Origin: Pseudomonadota bacterium
GTDB taxonomy: Bacteria > Bdellovibrionota_B > Oligoflexia > Oligoflexales > RGVZ01
Assembly (NCBI GenBank): GCA_041178085.1
Contig: JBEGVZ010000133.1
Span: 1 to 17,622 of the forward strand
Direction of reading: 5' to 3'
Length of the DNA: 17,622 nucleotides
Within the stretch, counting starts at the first letter, position 1, and each line of letters starts with the position of its first letter. A program made the position numbers and the translations under genes. The notes beneath the pieces were generated by a model. It was not told the origin of the DNA. It worked only from the letters and a program-made list of their open reading frames with translations, and ran no database searches. Of the stretch, positions 9,965 to 16,638 are shown in pieces.

Positions 9965-10498
9965 ATGACGACACAAATGAGTACCAACACAAGTGGGATC
10001 ATGGCGGTGTTCAGTTACCTGGACACTTTCTGTGGTGCGATCGAGAAAGTCCGTGGCCGGTCTGAATTCGAAGGGCATGAGGCTTTTTCACCGACCTCTT
10101 ATCACGAGATCGAGCACGCTTGTCATTTTGACCCGAGCCCGGTGCGGAAGTTCACTCTTGTGGGCGGCTTGACTGGCGTGACCCTTGGCTTCTGCCTTGC
10201 CATCGGCCTGGATTACGACTGGCCCATGATCGTCGGCGGGAAACCCGGTGGATTCTTCAGCATCCCGGCATATGTGGTGATCGGTTTCGAGCTGACGATT
10301 CTCCTGGGTGCGATTGCGACGATCGCCGGCATGTTGATCATGGGGCGCATTCCAAACCCCAAACTCAGGGTACTGGATCCGCGCACGACCGATGACAAGT
10401 TTGCGATTTATGTTCCGGGTGCCACGGTGGATGGCCCCCAGGCCAAGCTCCTGCGGGAGCTTGGTGCGGAAGAAATCAACGCCACCCAGGCACCTTGA
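9965..10498 (+). CDS. actD: Alternative Complex III subunit D (DUF3341 family)
   Basis: 177 aa from ATG 9965, 4 nt after the actC stop. Two TM segments, with EAFSPT, DWPMIVGGKP, FELTILLGA and DPRTTDDKFAI. Expected operon position. Confidence 0.9.
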   Translation: MTTQMSTNTSGIMAVFSYLDTFCGAIEKVRGRSEFEGHEAFSPTSYHEIEHACHFDPSPVRKFTLVGGLTGVTLGFCLAIGLDYDWPMIVGGKPGGFFSIPAYVVIGFELTILLGAIATIAGMLIMGRIPNPKLRVLDPRTTDDKFAIYVPGATVDGPQAKLLRELGAEEINATQAP

Positions 10499-10511
10499 AG
10501 GCGAGGCTGAA

Positions 10512-11084
10512 ATGATACGTCTCAGGCATATTCTGGCGACAGTCCCGGCGGTCACCTTGCTTGTCGTAGCAGGATGCAAGAAGGACCCGGATCAAACCAA
10601 GATGCAGTACGTGCCCGACATGGCCGATACTGCGGCAATCAAATCACAGCGCGATTACCTGCAGCCCCCGGAGGGGTCGGTTGCATTGTCGGTAAAAAGC
10701 TACAAAGCGGTTCTCATGAATCCAGGGAAAGGTCCTTCTGAATTTCCCAAGCCTTACGCCGCATCCATCGAAGAATCTGAAAAGACCATGGAAAATCCGG
10801 TGCAAACGTCACCGGAGGTGGTGGCCAAAGGCAAAGTACTCTGGAGCACTTTTTGTGTTCCATGTCACGGCAGTGATGGTGCCGGTGTTGGCTCCGTCAC
10901 CGACGCGTTTGTGCAGGCGCCGACCCTGCTGAGTGACATCAACAGGACTCGCAAGGACGGTTTCTACTTTCACAAGATCACGTTCGGTGGTGCGGTGATG
11001 CCTTCCTATGGCCACGCAATCAGCGCCGAGGAACGTTGGACGATCATCCATTACATCCGTGATTTGCAGAAGGCGGCCCAATGA
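10512..11084 (+). CDS. actE: Alternative Complex III subunit E, monoheme cytochrome c lipoprotein
   Basis: 190 aa from ATG 10512 (GAGG upstream). Signal peptide with lipobox VAGC (C22), QYVPDM, PPEGSV, a single CVPCH, and MPSYGHAISAEERWTIIHYIRDLQ. Confidence 0.92.
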   Translation: MIRLRHILATVPAVTLLVVAGCKKDPDQTKMQYVPDMADTAAIKSQRDYLQPPEGSVALSVKSYKAVLMNPGKGPSEFPKPYAASIEESEKTMENPVQTSPEVVAKGKVLWSTFCVPCHGSDGAGVGSVTDAFVQAPTLLSDINRTRKDGFYFHKITFGGAVMPSYGHAISAEERWTIIHYIRDLQKAAQ

Positions 11085-12331
11085 ACACCAAGCAACTATT
11101 TGACCAGCGCAACGACCTGAATTTGAAGCCATCCGCCAACCTGCGCGGTGCGATCACTTTTTGTCTTGCCGTCGGGCTGCTCACGATCGCTGCCGGATTT
11201 TACCTTGGTATGAAGGAGCGGATTTGGGGCAGCCTGCTGCTCAATACGTTCTTCTTCTTTGCCATCGCCCTTGGTGGTAGCGCCTTTGCTGCGATGCAGG
11301 ACGTAATCGGCGCAACCTGGGGAAGGCCTGTGATGCGCTTGCACGAAGCGTTCTCGAGCTTCCTGCCTTTTGCTGCAATCGTGTTCATACTCTTCTTCGT
11401 GGCGATCAAGTTTGACGTTGCCAATGCACGGAACGTTTATTCCTGGATCAAGGATCCGGCGATCATCCATCACTTCTGGGGTAAGCGGACCTGGCTGGTT
11501 GAAAATTTCATGCTTATCCGGGACAGTGTGGCTATCCTTGCACTGGTTGGGCTTGCCAGGTGGCAGATCGGCATGAAGGTCCAGAGGGACCGCATGTTTG
11601 TTGCCGGTAAGAAGGAAGAGGCGGAACGCCATGGCAAGGCAGTTCAGGCTAAGCTCCGTTACTGGAGTGCGCCAGTCCTGGTTGCTTACGCAATCCTTTT
11701 CTCATTGCTCTGTTTTGACATGTTGATGTCGCTGGCTCCGACCTGGTTCTCGACCCTCTGGGGCGGTTGGAATTTCGCAATCATGATGCAGACATTGATG
11801 GCCACGCTGCTGATCACCATGTTCATGATTTCTGGGACAACGGTGGGCGGAATCATCAAGCGCCAGCACTTTCATGATGTTGGCAAGTTGATGCATGGTT
11901 TTACGATTTTCTTCGCGTATCTGACCTACGCCCATATCCTGACCTATTGGTATGGGAACATTCCGGAAGAGACCGAGTACTTTATCCATCGCCTTCACGC
12001 GCCGTGGATTTACATCGTGATCGCGGCCCCCATCATGAGTTTCCTGATCCCGCTATTTGCCCTCCTGCCCAAGGTGAGCAAATGGACTCCGCAGATCACG
12101 ATCCCCCTGGCCAGCCTGATCTTGTTCGCCCAGTGGTTGGCTTACGTACTGGTGGTCCAGCCACAGGTCGTCAGCGCCGGGTCATGGCGCTCGCCCCTGT
12201 TGGAAGTTGGCGTATTCTTTGGTGTCCTTGGGGTATTCATGCTCACATTCCTGCGCTTTGCGGGCAAGAATCCCATGGTGGCTGTTGCTGATCCGTTGTT
12301 TGCGGAAAGTCTGGCCGACGGCCATCACTAG
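11081..12331 (+). CDS. actF: Alternative Complex III subunit F, polytopic membrane subunit (ActC paralogue)
   Basis: 416 aa, many TM helices, with DMLMSLAPTWFSTLWG, HFHDVGKLMHGF and WYGNIPEETEYF. ATGA overlap with actE. Confidence 0.9.
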   Translation: MNTKQLFDQRNDLNLKPSANLRGAITFCLAVGLLTIAAGFYLGMKERIWGSLLLNTFFFFAIALGGSAFAAMQDVIGATWGRPVMRLHEAFSSFLPFAAIVFILFFVAIKFDVANARNVYSWIKDPAIIHHFWGKRTWLVENFMLIRDSVAILALVGLARWQIGMKVQRDRMFVAGKKEEAERHGKAVQAKLRYWSAPVLVAYAILFSLLCFDMLMSLAPTWFSTLWGGWNFAIMMQTLMATLLITMFMISGTTVGGIIKRQHFHDVGKLMHGFTIFFAYLTYAHILTYWYGNIPEETEYFIHRLHAPWIYIVIAAPIMSFLIPLFALLPKVSKWTPQITIPLASLILFAQWLAYVLVVQPQVVSAGSWRSPLLEVGVFFGVLGVFMLTFLRFAGKNPMVAVADPLFAESLADGHH

Positions 12332-12365
12332 CCGATCAGCGGACCATGCAGGTAGACCCAGGCGA

Positions 12366-12383
12366 GGGCGGCTACGGCCGCCC
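12366..12383 (+). terminator. GC-only hairpin with cUACGg tetraloop after actF (3'-end stabiliser or terminator-like)
   Basis: GGGCGGC-TACG-GCCGCCC forms 7 G-C pairs closing a UNCG-class loop, 34 nt after the actF stop. No U-tract. Confidence 0.5.
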
Positions 12384-12414
12384 GAACTAGCCATGTTGAA
12401 ATCCGCTGTAACAT

Positions 12415-12483
12415 GCCGACCCCACGTGTTAATGTGCGCCCCGTTGGGGAAAACGCAACAGGTTGTGGGTCGGTGTTTTCTGT
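12415..12483 (+). terminator. Long irregular hairpin followed by a U-rich tail
   Basis: CCGACCC (12416-12422) pairs with GGGTCGG (12467-12473), with inner TGCG/CGCA and CCCC/GGGG pairs, followed by TGTTTTCTGT. Confidence 0.35.
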
Positions 12484-12569
12484 GGCCCCTTGAGCCCGAA
12501 TTTAACGACCAGGCATCCGCTAACACCTCAACATATTGGTTTAATTGAAATTTTTTTTGGGGGTTACCC

Positions 12570-12758
12570 ATGTCCATGCCAGGCTTTTGGGAGCTGATCC
12601 TGATCCTTGCGGTCGTTACATTGCTCTTCGGTGGCAAGAAATTGCCCCAACTTGGTGGAGCGATTGGTGAGTCGATCCGCAACTTCAAACGCGGCATCAA
12701 GGATGAGGAATCTCGTCAGTTGACCTCAGGAAGCGTCGAGGCCAACAAGCAAGCATGA
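12570..12758 (+). CDS. tatA: Twin-arginine translocase TatA/TatE family subunit
   Basis: 62 aa. Short TM helix with polar Glu (WELILILAVVTLLFG), FGGKKLP hinge, amphipathic helix GGAIGESIRNFKRG and a charged tail. Confidence 0.95.
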   Translation: MSMPGFWELILILAVVTLLFGGKKLPQLGGAIGESIRNFKRGIKDEESRQLTSGSVEANKQA

Positions 12759-13672
12759 AGCAGAGGCCGTCGCTGACGCAGCTCCTGGCCAGTCGCAAAC
12801 TCCTGTTTGTGACCGGCAAGGGGGGCATCGGTAAAAGCCTTGTTTCTGCTGCGCTCGCACAGGCAGCAGCTGCTGCGGGTCGGCGCGTCATGCTGGTGGA
12901 AAATTCTGCCCGCGATCAGCTCGCACCTCTTTTCGGTCTGGAGCCTGTCGGTCACAACGAGACTGCGGCCGCGCCCGGAATCACTTGCATCAACCTCAAT
13001 GCGACGGGCAATTTCCGCGAATACGTCACCAAGTACCTGGGACAGGGTAAGTTATTCGAGTCGGTGCTGAGTCACCGCGTTGTCCAAAGTTTCTTCAACA
13101 CGGTACCCGGACTTGCAGAGGCGATGCTTCTTGGCCGCCTTTTTTACACCTGCACTTTGCGTGACGAGTCATCGCGTCCCGACCTGGTGATATGTGACAG
13201 CCCGGCATCCGGCCATTTTCTTTCCTTGATGACGACGCCCGATGCCATCCTTGGTTCCGGCATGGCTGGCCCCATGATGCGCGACACCGCAAAAGTCAGG
13301 GATTTTCTTTCGCACCGGGATCAGTGTGGGGTGATTTACGTATGCACTCCTGAACCACTGGTGATTTCTGAGGCGCAGGATTTCCTGCCGGTGATCGAAG
13401 CAAAATCCCCAGCTAAACTCGATGCTGTGATTGTCAACCGCATTCCTCCCAGGGTCAGCCAGGCTTCTGTTGCAGATGGTGAATCCGGCCTGCTTGATTA
13501 CCTCATAACCCGCAGCCGTAAGGCGTCCGAAGCGATGGGCATGCTCGATGAGACGCTCAAGGCGTTCCCACGTGTGGCCTTGCAAGGTTTGGCGGATATG
13601 GGTTTTGTGGATGATCCGCTCGCTGATGACTTTCACCAGGCTTTCCTCCGCGAGGAGGCGTTCCCTTCATGA
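12755..13672 (+). CDS. ArsA/Get3-family ATPase, single domain (subunit 1; resembles mycobacterial Rv3679 type)
   Basis: 305 aa. Deviant Walker A GKGGIGKS with signature Lys, degenerate switch I (LVENSARD), VPGLAEAMLLG, switch II DSPASGH, TPEPLVISE and VIVNR. ATGA overlap with tatA. Confidence 0.88.
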   Translation: MKQRPSLTQLLASRKLLFVTGKGGIGKSLVSAALAQAAAAAGRRVMLVENSARDQLAPLFGLEPVGHNETAAAPGITCINLNATGNFREYVTKYLGQGKLFESVLSHRVVQSFFNTVPGLAEAMLLGRLFYTCTLRDESSRPDLVICDSPASGHFLSLMTTPDAILGSGMAGPMMRDTAKVRDFLSHRDQCGVIYVCTPEPLVISEAQDFLPVIEAKSPAKLDAVIVNRIPPRVSQASVADGESGLLDYLITRSRKASEAMGMLDETLKAFPRVALQGLADMGFVDDPLADDFHQAFLREEAFPS

Positions 13673-14763
13673 GCAACGTCGATATCGATGCGCTCATCGC
13701 ATCAAAGCGGATCATCGTCATGGTTGGTGCTGGAGGGGTTGGTAAAACGACTTCTTCGGCTTTGCTGGCAATTCGTGCGGCCATGTCGGGAAGAAAAGTG
13801 GCTTTGTTAAGCATAGACCCGGCAAAACGACTGGCCAGTGCCCTTGGCATCGACCTTGGTCACGGCATGCATCAAGTGGAATTGCCGGGCGTGAGTGGCA
13901 ATAATGGTTCTCTTCACGCAGCCATGCTCGACCAGAAGGCCGTCTTCGACCAGATGGTGAACCAGCATGCACCAAACGATAAGATCGCCGCGCGGATCAT
14001 GAAGGATCCTCTCTACCGAGCGGCATCAACGAATCTCAGCGGCCCACTTGAGTACATGGCCCTTGCGAAACTACAGGAGCTTGCGCAGGATAAGCGTTTT
14101 GATCTCGTGGTTTTGGACACGCCCCCTGATACTCATGCCCTCGACTTTCTCAAGCGTCCAAATGTGCTGGCCGGGTTCATGGAAAATAAGGTCATGAGCT
14201 GGCTCATCAAGCCAGTTCTTGCGGTCGGCAAGCTGGGCTTTGGGCGCTTGCTGGGTGCCAGCGAGAAACTTGCCGGTGGTGTCGCATCACTGACGGGTTT
14301 CATTGCACTGCGGACATTTGGTGAGTTCCTTGTGCTTATGCAGGAAGTGATCGAAGGATTTCACAAGACAGGCGAGCAGGTGATTGCGACGCTGCGTGAT
14401 CGCAAGACTGCCTTCATCCTGGTGGCAGTGCCAACCAGGGCCGCGGAACGCTCCGCGGTCTTCCTTGCGGATCAGCTGGCAGAAATGGATTACCGGGTCG
14501 ATGCGCTCCTGATCAATCGTTGCCTGCCAGAGCCATCCCGCAAAGGGCTCGATGGCGACCTTGCCGCGATCGCGGAATCCCAGGGCGGCCCTATATCTGA
14601 CTTTGTGAAGGCCCGCGTGACAGGCGAGGAAAAGGTCATTGTCAACTTGTTGAAGAACCTTGCCTCATCGCGGAAGAAGAGCCGCCTTGTTGTGCGAATC
14701 CGTGAACAGGGTGGTGATTTCCACGAGATTCACGCCCTTGCTGACCTTGCCCGCTCATTTTAG
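13669..14763 (+). CDS. ArsA/Get3-family ATPase, single domain (subunit 2; resembles mycobacterial Rv3680 type)
   Basis: 364 aa. Walker A GAGGVGKTT lacking the signature Lys, intact switch I SIDPAKRLA, AAMLDQK, EYMALAKL, DLVVLDTPP..HALDFL, a long hydrophobic/amphipathic insert, and LLINR. ATGA overlap with the upstream ATPase. Confidence 0.9.
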   Translation: MSNVDIDALIASKRIIVMVGAGGVGKTTSSALLAIRAAMSGRKVALLSIDPAKRLASALGIDLGHGMHQVELPGVSGNNGSLHAAMLDQKAVFDQMVNQHAPNDKIAARIMKDPLYRAASTNLSGPLEYMALAKLQELAQDKRFDLVVLDTPPDTHALDFLKRPNVLAGFMENKVMSWLIKPVLAVGKLGFGRLLGASEKLAGGVASLTGFIALRTFGEFLVLMQEVIEGFHKTGEQVIATLRDRKTAFILVAVPTRAAERSAVFLADQLAEMDYRVDALLINRCLPEPSRKGLDGDLAAIAESQGGPISDFVKARVTGEEKVIVNLLKNLASSRKKSRLVVRIREQGGDFHEIHALADLARSF

Positions 14764-14840
14764 TACGCGTGGCATTTTTGGTTTCATCGGCCGGGCAGTC
14801 GGCCGTGCGTCAATCGCAAAAAAATTGAAGAAGCGATGAT

Positions 14841-14856
14841 GTCAACGCACGTTGAC
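14841..14856. promoter_or_regulatory. 16-bp palindrome, candidate transcription-factor site upstream of mlaEFD
   Basis: GTCAACG-CA-CGTTGAC has perfect 7-bp arms and lies in the AT-richer intergenic region. Confidence 0.4.
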
Positions 14857-14976
14857 TTGGTAACTTGCTAAAAAACATTGTCCTGCCCACAAGAACAACC
14901 AAGTTGTAGCGTTTCCCTCCATGAAAAACTGGCATTTTCACCAAATTTCCGGCCACACAATCAACAACAGCATCTT

Positions 14977-15004
14977 TTGAGTTGCCCTGAAAATCGGGGA
15001 TAAT
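14977..15004 (+). promoter_or_regulatory. Putative sigma70 promoter of mlaEFD
   Basis: TTGAGT (14977-14982)-N16-GATAAT (14999-15004), ending 56 nt upstream of the mlaE ATG. Confidence 0.4.
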
Positions 15005-15060
15005 TGAGGAGATGCATCCTGTGTACTCGGGCTCGTCTTCCAAACACCTTCCGGTGGAAC

Positions 15061-15852
15061 ATGCCAGTCAAGACCGCAGAAATTGCCGTGAATTGGCTCG
15101 GAGTCGAGACGACCAACCGCCTTGTGGCGATCGGGCGCTTTTTTGTTTACGTAGGTGACGTGCTGTCACAGACCTTTCGCAAGGCGATGCGGCCAGCCCT
15201 GATTTTCCAGCAGCTTGAGTTCATCGGCAATCAATCGCTGGGCATCATCCTGATGACGGGATTTTTCACGGGGGCCGTCTTCGGGCTGCAAATTGGCGGC
15301 ATCTTCCAGATTTTCAAGGCCGAAGGCCTGATGGGCGCCGCGACCGCAAAGGCTTTGACGCGTGAACTTGGTCCATTGATGACCGGGTTTCTGATCTCTG
15401 GGCGGGTGGGTTCCGCCATGACGGCAGAGCTGTCAACCATGCGGGTCAACGAGCAGATCGACGCCATGGAGGCGATGGGAGTCGATCCAGTGAACTACTT
15501 GGTGGTACCGCGTTTCATCGCCTCCCTGGCGATCATACCCTTGCTCTGCATCTTTTTCATCTTTATCGGAGTGATCGGTGCGTACATCACTGGTGTAGGC
15601 ATATTCAAGGTCGACGTCGGGATTTTCATCGAAAAAATGGCCCAGATTTGCACACCATCGGACATCTGGGACGGGCTGCAGAAGTCTGCCGTCTTTGCCG
15701 TTTTGATTGCGCTTATTTCTTGCCGGTTTGGATTACTCGCCTCCGGTGGCGCGAAAGGGGTAGGCATTGCGACCACCAACTCAGTGGTTACCAGCCTGCT
15801 TGCCATACTTTGCTGCGATGTTTTCATCACCTACATGCAAGTGAAGTTCTGA
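15061..15852 (+). CDS. mlaE: MlaE-family ABC transporter permease (MCE lipid transport)
   Basis: 263 aa from ATG 15061, with IGNQSLGII, RELGPLMTGFLISGRVGSAMTAELSTMRVNEQIDAMEAMGVDPVNYLVVPR and GGAKGVGIATTNSVV. Confidence 0.95.
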   Translation: MPVKTAEIAVNWLGVETTNRLVAIGRFFVYVGDVLSQTFRKAMRPALIFQQLEFIGNQSLGIILMTGFFTGAVFGLQIGGIFQIFKAEGLMGAATAKALTRELGPLMTGFLISGRVGSAMTAELSTMRVNEQIDAMEAMGVDPVNYLVVPRFIASLAIIPLLCIFFIFIGVIGAYITGVGIFKVDVGIFIEKMAQICTPSDIWDGLQKSAVFAVLIALISCRFGLLASGGAKGVGIATTNSVVTSLLAILCCDVFITYMQVKF

Positions 15853-15886
15853 ACGCAGGGCGTATTTGCTGTGAAAAGGCACATGG

Positions 15887-16636
15887 ATGATTGAGTTCAA
15901 GGATGTCAGGAAGGCTTTTGGCAAACGGGTTGTCCTGGACGACCTGGATCTTGTCATTCCTCCGGGCAAGATCACTTTCATCATCGGAAAGTCCGGGGAA
16001 GGTAAGTCCGTTACCATCAAGCACTTGATGGGGCTCATGCATCCCGACCGCGGGCAAATCATTGTCGATGGCGAAAACATCACAGGATTCGACGAGGAAA
16101 AGCTGCGCATCTATCGTCGCAAGTTCGGAATGTTATTCCAGAATGCGGCCCTTTTTGACAGTTTGACAGTGGGTGAAAATGTCATTTTTCCCCTTCGCGA
16201 ACATACGCGAATGCCGCTCCCAGCAATGCTTGAGCGGGTCGAAGAGGTCCTGAGCATGGTGGGGCTCCCCGGGATCCAGCACAAATATCCAACGGAATTG
16301 TCCACCGGTGAAAAAAAACGGGTTGGTCTGGCGCGGGCACTTGTCGCAAAGCCAAAATTCGTCCTTTATGACGAACCTACCACGGGGATGGATCCTCTGG
16401 TTTCGGAGATGATTGACGAACTTATCGTCCAAATAAACCGGGATGTTCCGGGTGTTTCGTCGATTGTTATCTCCCACGACTTAAAGGCCGCGCTGGCAAC
16501 AGCCGAGAACATCATCATGTTGTACCAGGGTAAGGTTGCCCTGGCGGGGACGCCTGATGATTTCAGGCACACCTCGGATCCAGTGGTCCGGCAGTTTTTT
16601 TCAGGCCGGGTTGAAGGACCGATGGAGTTTCTCTGA
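15887..16636 (+). CDS. mlaF: MlaF/Mkl-family ABC transporter ATP-binding protein
   Basis: 249 aa. Walker A GKSGEGKS, Q-loop GMLFQNAALFDSLTVGENV, variant signature LSTGE, Walker B/D-loop VLYDEPTTGMDP, H-loop ISHD and DPVVRQF. Lies between mlaE and mlaD. Confidence 0.93.
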   Translation: MIEFKDVRKAFGKRVVLDDLDLVIPPGKITFIIGKSGEGKSVTIKHLMGLMHPDRGQIIVDGENITGFDEEKLRIYRRKFGMLFQNAALFDSLTVGENVIFPLREHTRMPLPAMLERVEEVLSMVGLPGIQHKYPTELSTGEKKRVGLARALVAKPKFVLYDEPTTGMDPLVSEMIDELIVQINRDVPGVSSIVISHDLKAALATAENIIMLYQGKVALAGTPDDFRHTSDPVVRQFFSGRVEGPMEFL

Positions 16637-16638
16637 CG

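Noticed and set aside
12486..12503. CCCCTTGAGCCCGAATTT resembling part of 6S RNA
   Set aside because: No complementary GGTTCAAGGG-like arm downstream, and a full 6S would run into tatA. No SRP or tRNA signatures in this spacer either.
12551..12563. T8-G5 homopolymer upstream of tatA as a phase-variation tract
   Set aside because: The tracts are short, and G5 is adequately explained as the ribosome-binding site.
12755..14763. Arsenite-efflux ArsA annotation, or a single two-domain arsA split by a frameshift
   Set aside because: No ars genes nearby. A clean ATGA coupling and reciprocal motif pattern match the known two-gene Get3-like pair rather than a broken arsA.
14770..14945. Sigma54 promoter candidates (TGGCA at 14770 and 14930; TGGTAACTTGC at 14858)
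   Set aside because: None has the required GG-N10-GC spacing.
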